Positions 1 to 16,864 of a stretch of DNA of 64,000 nucleotides are shown here, in pieces (the first letter of the stretch is position 1; each line of letters starts with the position of its first letter). The DNA lies in contig RHPI01000277.1 of assembly GCA_009103225.1 (NCBI GenBank), forward strand, positions 580,074-644,073. The letters run 5' to 3'. Under the pieces are notes generated by a model, which was not told where the DNA came from, did not search any database, and saw only the letters and a program-made list of their open reading frames with translations. The translations under genes and the position numbers were made by a program. The stretch comes from Chlorokybus atmophyticus (taxonomy: Eukaryota > Plantae > Mesostigma and Chlorokybus algae).

Positions 1-850
1 GAACCGCCTCAACTCCTCCAATTTGCTAGTGGTCTGCGGTGGGAAGGTGCGACGAAGTGCAGTATAGATCCTTGAGTGGAGAGTCAGAGATGGCAGCACC
101 TACAATGATGGTTGGTGCGCGCAGTGCAACTGACCCGAGGGTGAAAGCACTGCCTCCCGCACGAGAGCCAGGTGTTGCCAAAGGTAGGGGTGTGCCCACC
201 TCAATTGCTGCTGTTCGTTGTTCCTCAAAGATTGCAGCAGAACGGTCCAGGATCCGGGCCCGCCGCGCGGCCGTCTTGATCTCAATCTCTGCAGGGGTCA
301 GGTTGGCAATCACCAACTCAGGTTCCTCCTCCTCTGCTCTGTCGGTGGCTGCCGCTATAGACAACCCGGTGACTGCAGCGGGAGTGGCAGGTGGAAAGAC
401 GGCTGCTGGACTGTGCCGTGACGCAGATGCTATGGTACTGGCAAGCTCGCCATAGCCATCAACTCGATGCAGTTAAGCAACAGACTTCCAGACATCATGT
501 GCCTCATGGTCCATATACTGAGCAGCAATGTGAAAGAAATCTCATCTGACCAGTCTTTGTTCTTCAGAGCCTGCTGTCGCATCTTGGAGTGGAACTTGAT
601 GATGATTTGGTCCAGCGAGGTAGTGCCAGCACATCCGGAGAAACGCAGGGACATGGTTGAGCTAAAAGACTCCATCTCGTAGTCGTCACTGTCGGACGAG
701 AGTGGGGAAGCTTGATGCCGAGGAGTGGACAGGAACGGAGTGAAGTCGGAGACAGAACGCGAGCCTCTGCTGCTACGATCGTTGCTCCCGTCACTGGTCC
801 ATCGTAGGTGAGGTTGGAGGTTGGGCTTCAGCTGCTGAGGTCACCTTCGT
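1..850 (-). mobile_element. Degenerate LTR-retrotransposon gag-like remnant (runs off the window start)
   Basis: Joining minus-strand frames across a frameshift (~540) and a TAA gives ...SDSDDYEMESFSSTMSLRFSGCAGTTSLDQIIIKF...KNKDWSDE/FFHIAAQYMDHEAHDVWKSVA*...LKDLYCTSSHLPTADH/KLEELRRF. This resembles retrotransposon gag (W.DE...AAQY+...A..VW ... L..L). It has no introns, unlike the host genes. Confidence 0.5.
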
Positions 851-1445
851 ATGGGAGAGAACGGGGTGGGCCTGCTCATACAGCTAGTCCAAAGGTGAAA
901 GTGTATGCAGGGTAGAGTGTTTGTGCTTTATCGCCTGTCTCAATGCCGCTACCACTCACCACTAGTGCTTGTGTGCGCACTATGTAATGATAGTGATAAC
1001 GAACCGCACAGGGATGTGTCCCCAGATACAGACTGCACTATCTGATTCAAAATGCAACGCACTCACTTGAGCAAAGAGGGTGACACTGTGAGTCAACAAG
1101 CCACTACTATAGGTAGTGCTGTTTACACAGTTCTTTGCATGAGCGGAAAATGTGTTACACTATTAAGTGAGGTGAATGAGTAAGCAACACGTGGATACTA
1201 TGCCCTGATTGATGCCAACAAACACGTTGCAACCATGCACACCAAGCTCACAGCGATTACAAGCACGATGCACACACAAGCATGCACAGGCTCTCACACA
1301 ATGAGGGGTTTTTTAGTAACCGGGATGGCGTGTTCGCAGTTCAAGTTGTTGCACAAGCTCTTAGCTTTCTCACTCATAATGTCACCAGCTGATCCGGTGA
1401 ACACTGTGACTACTTATACAAGTCAAATTATGACTGTTCAAAACA

Positions 1446-1607
1446 TAAGTTAACGTTCATATCGAGGCTATTTCCACAGCGATTGTCACTCGATATAGAA
1501 CACAACTTATAACTGAACTCACAACTTAAGCTAACGGTCATATCGAGGCTATTTCCACAGCAATTGTCACTCGATATAGAACACAACTTATAACTCAACT
1601 CACAACT
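1446..1607. repeat. 81-bp tandem duplication (2 near-identical copies)
   Basis: taagttaacgttcatatcgaggctatttccacagc...actcacaact at 1446-1526 is repeated at 1527-1607 with only a few substitutions. Confidence 0.95.
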
Positions 1608-2167
1608 GAACAGCTACGCGCGGTGCCTAGGTAGGCTATGGTCGTGAGCTACTCTTGGGTCATGACCTAGCTACTGGACAGTGACGCGCGCGCGCTGGTA
1701 TGCTGGTAGGCCGGGCGATGGTTTTGATGTAGCCATGCTTGATAAAGGCTGGTATGCGTGGGCAGTAGGCATGACAGAGGGGATGGCAATAACTTGCAGC
1801 AAAGAGGCGAGTGAGTATAAAGTTACCATATAGATTGAGTGTATTACAGTGTATAATGGTATTGTACAAGGAGGATGCATAACTTATAGGTTAATAAGCT
1901 AAAGCTCAGAAGCTAATTAACAAATATGCCATAATAGCAGGCAAACTCTACAACAAGGCAAGGGCGTAGCTCACCATAGTTCACTAAATCCTCATATGTG
2001 CACAAATTGTATACATTACGGTCATACCATGTAGTCACACAGCTCAGATATACCATAGTTCGCGTGCCACCTGCAGCAATGCTGCTAAGGGATGGCTTAT
2101 GCAAGGAGGGAACGAGAAAGGGGTCAAATTGTAGTGGGAGGGGCGTACCTAACGTAATATGCAAATG

Positions 2168-2204
<37 letters not shown>

Positions 2205-2330
2205 GTGTGTATACTGGGTAGGCAGCTACGTATGTACATATATATATATATATCATGTACATATACCATGTTAAATGTAATATGTGTATATATAATGCTT
2301 TATAAGATAATTGATATGTATTATACATAT

Positions 2331-2372
<42 letters not shown>

Positions 2373-2395
2373 ACATATATAACATATATATATAT
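2168..2395. repeat. Compound (TA)n/(CA)n microsatellite
   Basis: Directly visible TA and CA runs. Confidence 0.9.
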
Positions 2396-4204
2396 CAACG
2401 ATCCACTATGACGGTGTTTGAATTTGCATACATGTGTTGACACGTCACACATATTAGTAATAATAGTCATTGTTGGCAAGTATATGCTGACATTAACAAC
2501 CAAATAATTAATATCACCTTGTAACATGAATATTATAAAGGGACATTTTGTGTCAGCTTAAAATGGCAAATCGGAAAGGCTTCTTCTCATGTGGCAATAT
2601 GTACTTGATTATGCCACACTGGTTTCCAATGTAATTATTGAATCGCAAGCAGTAAACATGCCTCCCTTTTTGGTTACCTGCCACAATAATTATGCATCTG
2701 ATGCTCCTTAAAAAGACAATGTAATAAATAAAGTCTTATTTATGTTAAATGTTACGTGTCGTGCAAGCAGGCCTCGACTGCGGGGTGTGTCTCGTAGTGG
2801 GGTTGCGTACGCGAATGTGTACAAGTGTTAAGAATGAGTAAAGTTACTGGACAGCTTGCAAGAGGTCAAGCCAATGACACCGAAGCTGTGGTGTAGCAGC
2901 GAGTACGGGGGGCAGTGGGGAGGAAGAACAATTGTGTGGTACCCTTAGCTTGATCGGGGTGGTAGTCAACAAGCTCTTGGACAAGGATGCTTGGGAAATG
3001 CACACAGCTTGTCACGCAGTGTATATGTGCATAAGATGTAATAGCTAAGTAAGACGTGATTACAAACTGCAAGCACCGTGTGCGCAAAAGTGAGCAAGCA
3101 CAGTCACAATCGAATCGTGAGTGAGGTGCGTGCAAGCATTGCGACAGTGCAAGAGTGATGCAATGTGCAGGTAGCAGATGTGATGGCCACTAGCATGAGA
3201 GCAAGAGTGTACAGGTGTACGGGCAAGGCAGGTCCGGCAAGAACACTGTTTGTCAGGGTAATTGGTATGCTTAACAACACACAAACAGCGGTCGCTGAAC
3301 TCACGGTACTACGAGGATCTGCTTCGCTGAGCCTCGGATGCTGATCGGCTCCAAGGTGGGCCAACTGGTCAGTCTCGGGCAGTGCCACCGCCGCTTCCGC
3401 TTCAGTCCGTCTACTTGCAACTCAATGCCGACGCTTCCGGCGGGAGTTGCCTAAGTCTGATGTCAACGAGGCCCGCCGCCATAGGGACTGCGTGCCTATT
3501 AGTGGAGGCCGGTGCTGGCAGTCGGCTGTCACGCGGCCCGCCGACATAAAGGGGCCGCGCCTTGATTGGCGGGGCTGAGGCCTACCGGTTGAATCGCGGC
3601 CGGCTGATTTAGATGTTAGTGAACCAACCCTGATGCGTGGTAGGCTGCAACAGGGAAATGCGTGTCGAGGGTTATCACTGTGACAGTGATCACTGAGCCT
3701 GCACATCTCAACCAGTATGTTATGTTATTTGCATTGATTTTGCAATGGCTCGGCAACATTTGCAATGATTGGGTCAAGAGCCACGTATTATAACATGTAT
3801 AAAATGATGATTAACTGCATTTCAATTGCAAACGCGTTATGCAACATCCTGTATCCTATTCCTTTAATTTAATAAATCTGCAACACCAAGTTGCAATTTG
3901 GCTGTGCATTGAGTTGAGACAACTTTGGCTGTGGAATCGGAGCTACTTTTGCGAGCAATTGCAAACAAGCAATGCTTCACACATGGGCCATGTGACATGT
4001 CGCCAATCACCGAGGCCCAAAATGTCACTCATTTCAAGTGGCGTAGCGGATGTTCATTCTCTCAACCAAACCGCCTTACATCGAGGGGTCCTGCAACAGT
4101 CACGTGAGCAACTACCAGGCCAAATGCCCCCAGCGGCGGCGGGGTTGACGTCGTCATTGCCGTCGTTGTCGGTGATAACCTCACTTGTGTCTTCCTCAGA
4201 CAAC

Positions 4205-7200
4205 ATGGCCGGGGTGCGGGCCAGAGAAAGAGGAGGCGGTGAAGGAGGAGGAGGAGGAGGAGGAGGAGGAGGAGGAGGAGGAGGAGGCGGGGGCTGGGAG
4301 ATGAGTGAGGCGAGTCTTCGTCGTCTGTGCCGCGAGCGCAATCAGTACTCCAGCTGCCCAGAACTCAACGACGTGCTACACCTACACCACAGAGGAATCA
4401 CGCAGGTCTCAACGAATTAACAGATACAAATAACTCTCAATAATAATGTTGAAAAATAACAGTACCATTAGACACGGTGAGACATGGAGAGGGAGATACC
4501 GAGATGTGAAGCGTTTTTGACGTAATCATGCTCAGCATGCTATGCATCGTGCATGGAGACTGACAATGGGCTGTGCTTAGATGATGAACAACACTTGCAA
4601 GGGACTGTATGCAAAGGGTGCAAACGACAGCAACAGTGTTCTATTATCTCGTGAATTGGCTCATCACCTCACACAGTGTCATGGCATCTGTGTGCGTGTG
4701 TGCATGTGTCCCGCACTCATCATGCGATGTTATTTTCTTGCTGATTGTTAACCTCGTTCTAGCACTGTGATGGCAACAGACAGCGAGGTTTGGCCTTGTC
4801 CTTGTCCTTCAATTCAGCTTTCAACAGTCGCATGCGAGCGAATGGCATACGTGACACATGCGCATGCAGTGCAGTTTAATGTATCTCTGCACACGAACAG
4901 CCACTAGTATACGCTCCTGCTAGTTGTATACGTCACCCAAGGCTGAATTCATCAACCAACTAACCATCACGTATCAATGACACACGTTGGTATTCAATAA
5001 ACGCGTTGGTCCATGCAAGTAGCATGGGTCTGTTTCATTCGTTCATAAATTTCATGTCGTTGCATTTGGTTAATTTGCCTTTGCAAGCAGGTGCGGTGTC
5101 TGGAGGCTTACACGGGGCTGCGCACGCTGTACCTCGAGTGTAATGCGATATCCAGCCTCGGCTCCGCCCTCGCCCACCTCACCGAACTACGCTCGCTTTA
5201 TCTATCTCAAGTAAGACACGCACACATCCACGCATGTGCAGAGGCGCACACGCGCACGCACACACACGCACGCCTGACTGTTTGACTGGTTGATTGAAAC
5301 TGATAGCATTGGTTGATGGCTCGATGTAGAGACTGGTTTGTTCACTGACATCATGATTGAGCCACAGGGAATGACAAATTGAGTCATTGACTCATCTGCT
5401 ATCGCATGTCTTTTTGCGCGTCTCTCTCTGCAGAACCTTATCAGAGACCTCGGGGACAACCTCGCGACCCTCACCAACCTCGAAACCCTCGACGTGTCCG
5501 AAAACATGGTCAGTCACTGTTTTTCCTGCTCAGCCACTCCTCCCTACCTCACTCAAACCCACACGCACACGCGCACGCGCACACGCATACGTCCATGCCC
5601 ATGCCAACGCGTGTACGCGCACGCGCACGCAGTCGCATGTACCTGCACGCCTGCGTGAATGTTGCACACACGCACACCCACACCTCGACATTCCACATCA
5701 TTCAACTCTCCATTTCCCAGTTGACGTCCATCCCCCCTTCCCTCTCCCTCCTCCCCCGCCTCTCCTCCCTCAACCTCGCCAAGAACCGCCTCGGCCCCTC
5801 CGCGTCGTCCCTCGCAGCTTTACGGGAGTTCGGACCGCAGCTCGGGGCGCTCGACGTCGCGGGCAACGCCATCGCGGAAGAGGAGGCCATGGAGGTGAGA
5901 GTGCGTGCGTGCGTGCGCGCGCGTGAGTTTGCCAGCATGTGCGTGTGGTGTGGATGCTGGACCACACACGCACGCATGCTGTTGTTGTATGGCAGCTGCT
6001 GAGGTCTCTGCCGTTGAGACTGTTGAGAGCGACCGGCAACCCGGTGGTGTCGAAGACGGCGCATTATAGGAAAGCCACGCTGGCAGCCATGCCAACCGTA
6101 AGTGATGCTGCTGTTGTGGTGGTTACTTTATCATGGTGCTGCTGCTGTTGCTGTTGAGAGGGTTGTCTTGTACGAACTTGTTGTTCAATGTGCAGCTCAA
6201 GTACCTTGATGACAGCCCGGCTTTCGACAACGACAAGCGCCTGGCCGTTGCTTTCATGGCTGGCGGTATCGAGGTGTAATATAAACACACAACTGCACTC
6301 AACTCTCTGTGGATATGTGGAAGAGAGCGTGTCGTCATAAGTGTTGTGTTGTGTGTCGCTGGGCTTGGCAGGCAGAAAGAGATATGCGCGCACAAATCAA
6401 GGGCGAAGAAGCCGAAGAGCGCGAGCGACACAGAAAAGGTAGAGCTGTTGTTGTTGTTGTTGTTGTGCGAATAGGGCTGATATGTCAGTACAACCAATGT
6501 GTTGATGTTGATGTGTTAATGTGAACCTGTGTGGCAGCCTTTGATGACATGGTGACGGAAGCCAGATTGCGCGCGGCCCAAGCGAACGCGAAGGCGGAAG
6601 CGGACTCGCTTCAGCAGCGGGAAACAGCAGCGGCAGCCAGGTTGGAGGAAGCGGATGTGGCGTCCGATGCGGCTGCTCTTGCGCAACGGGATGGAAGTAA
6701 GGAGGAAGCCGATGCCGCAGCAGTGCCTGATGATGATGATGAGCCGCCGCCGCTGGAAGGCATAGAAGGGGAGAAGGGAGAAGGCAGCGAAGGTGCAACA
6801 ACAGGTATGCTCGCAGTCATGTGTGATACGTTGTGTTTGTTACTTAGTCAGCTGCTGATTGCTTTACGCTGTTTGCTCATGATTAAGTACAAGGGAGTAG
6901 CGAAAGTGGCAGCCTTCTGCTTTCTTCACAATCAGAACAGCGGAGTGAGAATGAAGCCAACGCTGAGGCAGATAGCCAAACCGAGGAAGCGAACACGATG
7001 CAGCCGGTGGCACAAACAGTGCTGGTGAAGACAGAAGTGGAGCCAGAATTAGAGCTGCAGCCAGAGTCCGAGCCAGCAGAGGCTTTGCCTGATGATGAGA
7101 AGCCAGGGGTGGCAGCGATAACGGATCCATCGTCACCAGCCAGTGAAGCCGAGGACGACTTTGCTAATACAATGAGACTCTCAGCTCACATAGTGGCAGA

Positions 7201-7897
7201 GTGCGCTGCGCGAGAGCACAGCTACAGGCAGTCAGTGCAGCAGCGAGTGCTAGAGCAGGCCACAGCCAAAGCGGAAGCGAAACTGAACCTCGCTGCGGAG
7301 GCAGCTGCAGCCGCAGCCCAAGGAGGGGAAGTCGATGCGGAAAGCGCTACTACCGCTCAGCCTCATGCACAACATAGACCCTTCATCTGGGGAACGGCTC
7401 GCTACCGCGCGCTGTGGGAAGCCGCATTGGAGATACAAGCTGAAAGGGACTTGGAAGCCGTCATGAGCGGCCATGAAGCTGAGCTTGATAGCAGGAGAAG
7501 CAAAGAAGAAGAAGAAGAAGCGGAAACAGAAGAGGGAGGGAAAGGAGAGAAGCTGGTAGATCAGCCAATCTGCAGCGAAGATGTCCAGCTCGATGAAGTG
7601 CACTTTTTCACAGATAAAACTGAAACAAACACTGAACAAGACAGAGCTGTGCTGGTTGAAAACGGTCAACCTGCAGCTATCGATGATGAAATACCTGAGT
7701 CCAGTGGCGAAGAGAAGCCAAATGGTAAAGCGGAAAGCCAGAGGGAGGACGCGTGCAGGGCTGCTGAAGTGGAGAGTGGCAGTGATGTTGTTGTTGTTGA
7801 CAACCCTTCACTGTGTGGCACAACAGCCGTGCAGCGCGAGGCTCATCGCGGTGTTGAGATCACGTTCCGTCGCATGGACTTGAACGATGTAGATTGA
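4205..7897 (+). CDS. DNAAF1: Dynein axonemal assembly factor 1 (ODA7/LRRC50), leucine-rich repeat protein, 9 exons
   Basis: Exons 4205-4405, 5091-5210, 5434-5508, 5721-5894, 5996-6097, 6196-6273, 6372-6438, 6538-6804, 6936-7897 join in frame with GT-AG. Translation EMSEASLRRLCRERNQYSSCPELNDVLHLHHRGITQ/VRCLEAYTGLRTLYLECNAI...NPVVSKTAHYRKATLAAMPTLKYLDDSPAFDNDKRLAVAFMAGGIEAER matches the ODA7/DNAAF1 N-terminus, LRRs and LRRcap. It has a poly-Gly N-terminus and a long acidic tail. Confidence 0.85.
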
Positions 7898-8201
7898 TGA
7901 TGATGATGTTGATGTTGATGTACAGCACAAGCATGCAATACGGTAAGAAAAAGAGCTTGCGTGTGATGTCACGGGTGGCGACTCAGTGACTGAGCACACA
8001 GCAACATACCAACATGGTGCATGTGTGTAATAGCCCACCACTAGAGCCAGGTGCTTGCTCGTAGTGCAAACTGCATGCATCAGCACACGTGTGAACAGTG
8101 GTTGGCGTGAACCATCATATATGGCACTTGCTCTTACGCTTATATTATAGCTATAGCGCTAACGCAAGCAGACCTGTGGCCACACACACCGCAGCCTGCT
8201 G

Positions 8202-10829
8202 CTAAATCTGCGCAATGGCGATAGACTCGACAATGTGGGGTTGCGTGCCGGCAGATGTCTCGTGATTGTGCCCGTGATGATGATGGTTTTCGTGGTCGCT
8301 GAAATGGTGATGGTGATGCGGATGCTCGTGGCTCGTACCAGTTGGACTCAGCCACCTGCACACGTGCGCACGCACTTGCATGAGTGCAGCTGGCAACCAG
8401 GGCTGGAGTAACGACATGCTTGCTTGTGTGAAGATATGGCAAGCGATAGCACTGCATGCATGCAGTCATTCGCGCATATGCGTGTGCGTGTGTGTATAGC
8501 TGGTGCATATATGCAAGCGTGTATGCATCTATGTGTGTGCGTGCTTGTGCTCAAGCATCTGCACACAATTGTATGCGTACCTGCCTGCATGCGTGTAGAT
8601 GTGCGTGCGAGAGCTGAGCTCGTCTGCGCATGTGAGTGTGCATGCGTGCGTGCGTGCGTGCACGTGCACACGCAAGCGCGCATATGTGTGCGTGTGTATG
8701 TGCTTGCCTGTGCGCGCGTGCGTATACGCGTGTGTACGTACCTGGCTTTCTGCCTCGGTCCTCCTTCTTCCTGCTGCCGCTGTCGTCGCAGTGCGTCCGA
8801 GAGCGCGTCGAGCGACGTGTTCTTGGCGGCCTCGCGCAGGGTCTCGAAATGCGCGATCGCCGCCGCCACCGAGCAACGTGTCCTCTCGCAACGCGCCTTG
8901 ATCGCCTCGATGATGATCTTGCGCTGGTGAAACGCCGACTTCACCTTCGCGTCCCGCCTCCACTTGCCTGCAAGATCACACGCACGCACACGTACCCACT
9001 ATATGTCATCCTGCACAATCAGCAACCAACTCTAGCACATCAAGCAACTACTCAGCTCAGCTCAGCCCAACCACTAGCAACACTTATATTGCTAGAGTTG
9101 TTGCTAGTTGCTGTATGTGAATGAAACAAGCCAACTGAATGATCCTGCACTTGCCTACAGCGTCGCATTTGACAACATCATCCATGGAACAAGTGTGCAT
9201 GTGTTACTACAACCCACCACCGCCATGTGCCACTCACCCGCCGGCCATCTTCGTTCCCGCTCTTCCACCGACGGCGTGACCGCCCCTCCACCATCATGTT
9301 GTGATTCACCATCCCCACCCCCACCCACAGTCCACTCCCTCCACACCTCCTCGACGGTGCGAAGACCCGGCAGCATACCGAACTGAGGCGCGTCGTGCGG
9401 CCGAGGCGTGCCCACGCGCGTGACGGGTTTGATCAAATGACTGTTGCCATTGTTGTTGTGGTTGTGGCTGTTGTGTCCGTTGGTTACGGGTGTGGTGGCG
9501 TCCTGGGATTGATGTTGATGTTGATGTTGATGAAGAGGAAGTGGTAAGGACGCTGTGTCTGATGATAGTGGTGTCGGGCTGCTGATCGACGGGCGCATGT
9601 CGGTGGCGATGTTGATGGTCATCGGCGTGTGTTGTTGTTGTTGTTGTTGTTGGGACGTTGTTTGTGACGAGGACTTGAGCTTGCGTGCGGCGAGGAGCTG
9701 GTTGAGGGTCTTCTGCACGGTCGCGAGCTTGTCCTGGAGGAGCTGGTAGCGCTCCTCGTTGCGGCGCTCGGCGACGAGGTGGGCGCGGTGGATGTCCTCG
9801 AGTTGCCTCATCACCTGCGCCATGAACTGAAGCAACAATACAGTATGTTGTATGTGCGTGCGTAGTTGTGGCTGCGTGTGTATGAGAGGGCACCGCGCGC
9901 ACTTGCACTTGGATGCATGCAAGTGCACTAATGCGCGTGCGCGCGCAAAGCAGAGACTTGGTTGTATGTGCCTATATGTGCGCCTGTGCGCGCACAGGCA
10001 CATGCAATTGTGCAAATGCACCTACACGTGTGCACGCATGTGTGCATATGTGCGCACGCGCAACCGCAAACACACCCGTTCGCGTGTGCGTATGTTACCA
10101 TGCATACCTGGTCCATGAGTTGCACCAGCTTTGCCGCTCTAGCTCCAACAGCACAACATGGAAAGCATCAAGACGCTGCAGCAGAGCCTGCCTCAGCAGT
10201 CATCTCCTCCTCCTGTCCATGCGGCACCTTCAACGGGTCTTGCCTGAGACAACACCGCTGAGCAGCGCGTCTATGAGCGCACAGCAAACCGCGACACAAG
10301 TCTGATGTAAAAACTTCTGTATGATCATTCAATAGTGTGTTTTATTTTATTCTAGATTGCTCTCGAAGGTGTATTGCAGTGCACAACTGCATGGAAACGC
10401 TCGTTGACGACTGTCTCCACTCCATGCTGCTGTTTCCTGTTGCAGACTAGTCTACTCTGCTGTTGCCTACTTGTTGTTTGTTACTTTCAAAGAGTATATA
10501 ACCATCTACAAGCAAGATTGCTGCACTTCAGCTGAAAGGAAAACATCTGTTGGGCCTGCCAAATCAATCACTTCACCAAATGTCTTTGCTAGCAGGCCGC
10601 AATGGGAAGAGAGCAAGTTTGTGTTGTTACGGGCTGTGTTGCAGGCTCTTAACCCAGCTGTGGGTCTGACAAACACTGGAAAATCTCATAAGCATAACAA
10701 CAGCAACAAAATTACTCTCACAGCTAGTGCTTTGTTACTCAACGCCGCACTGAACACAGAAACTCTCCTATAGCCTAAACAATGCTACATAGCAACTTCA
10801 AACCAAGGCCACGCACCTGCCGTCGCCAT
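8202..10829 (-). CDS. Coiled-coil + GCR1_C DNA-binding-domain protein (Gcr1/Msn1/Hot1-like); 5' exons uncertain
   Basis: Exons 9826-9238, 8967-8742 and a last exon ending at 8202 splice in frame to give GLRTVEEVWREWTVG...PSVEERERRWPAGKWRRDAKVKSAFHQRKIIIEAIKAR...AAIAHFETLREAAKNTSLDALSDALR, the GCR1_C pattern. Upstream are a coiled coil (QLMDQFMAQVMRQLEDI...) and a Q/H/N-rich linker; the tail is His-rich. The start ATG GCG ACG GCA G|gt at 10829 is tentative. Confidence 0.75.
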
Positions 10830-10999
10830 CAGCTCTCAAAGCTCGCTTGCTCTCAGCACCCAAACAGCTCCACCCGCCGTGGACCCCCCTCCTCCTCCTC
10901 CGCGTAAGCCTGGTCGTCGTCGTCAGGGCCGCCTTGGCAAGCCTGGGCAAGCCTGGTCTGGTCTAACTCCGTCAAACCACTGACTGAGCCGGTCAACTA

Positions 11000-11008
11000 T
11001 TAGGGTTT
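11000..11008 (-). promoter_or_regulatory. Telo-box (AAACCCTAA) in the ~350-bp divergent intergenic region between the GCR1_C gene and the dehydrogenase
   Basis: ttagggttt at 11000-11008. CCAGG/CCAGA pentamer runs occur at 11111-11155. Confidence 0.5.
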
Positions 11009-11176
11009 CGTTTGCCTGCTTCAGTGCGCCCTATCCACAGTCAAAAGCAACTCCGGTTCACTCCACTCCATAACAAGCACACAACTCTAAACCGAGAAGC
11101 CTGGCTAAGCCAGGCCAGGCCAGGCCAGGCCAGACCAGACCAGACCAGGCCAGGCGGCGGCGGTGTCAGTGTCAGT

Positions 11177-15965
<4,789 letters not shown>

Positions 15966-16864
15966 CAGGAATGGTAGTGTGTGATGGCGTCCGACGAGTG
16001 TGTGGTTTTGGGATGCTCGCGGTGCTGCTGCTGCTGCTGCTGCTGGTGTAGTGATAGTGCCTATAATGTGGGGGGGAACAGCAGTGCCTTTTTAATGTTG
16101 TGGACAGCTGATTGGTCGTCGGTGGATACAATTGAAGTAAGCTGAATAGAAATGGTGCAATTCGTGAATGTAAAAAGTGTACACACAATGCGGACGCCTT
16201 ATGTGCATGCATATCAAACACACCACACTGTACAATCATGCTACACAAGTGTTCATGCATGTGGGTGTTAAACTGTTGAACGTGTGTGAAGCACTCATGC
16301 CATGTGTCAAAGTGTCGTAGATCTTTATGCACTTACCTCAACTTTATACACAACCACCAGGCCACACCATACGCTTTTTCACCACTTGCGTTCTACTACT
16401 CACCACACTGCCGCCTCCCTATGCATGCATGCATTGCAGCCTTGGTTGCCTGCATGTGTTTAAATGGCACAGAATGTGCATTGCGTGGGGAAGAGATGCC
16501 TCAGTAAGCTTAGCCCAAGCTGCGTCAACTGGACCAGACTTCCTAAGCACGCAAGCAATCTCACCCACTGGGTGATACAAGCAGAGTGCAAGTGCAGAAA
16601 ATCCATCCGGCAAAATTTGTCAGTACATTGGTGCATCCCTCTACAGCTCAACCCCATGCTACCCCGTACCGCATACTACCCCATATACGCTCAATGACCA
16701 CAATCGCACACAAGGCTGGCGCACTGCCAGAACAATCTATCCTAACATTAACAGCTAAGTAGCCCGCCTTCGTAGTAGCGGTGGCAGTGGCGGCTCCTAC
16801 TATATACATTACAAGACAAGGGTGTTAAACAGTACGTCTTCAAAGTGAAGGGCAGGAAACACTG

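Noticed and set aside
2042-2055. TGGTATATCTGAGC on the minus strand, resembling a tRNA-Met primer-binding site
   Set aside because: It is an imperfect match to TGGTATCAGAGC, and no adjacent LTR end could be defined.
2866-3482. Possible small spliced minus-strand gene (…ISIRGSAKQILVVP|ILVQELVDYHPDQAK), faintly MAD2- or DnaJ-like
   Set aside because: No in-frame start codon and no further family motifs. It may be a UTR or non-coding transcript.
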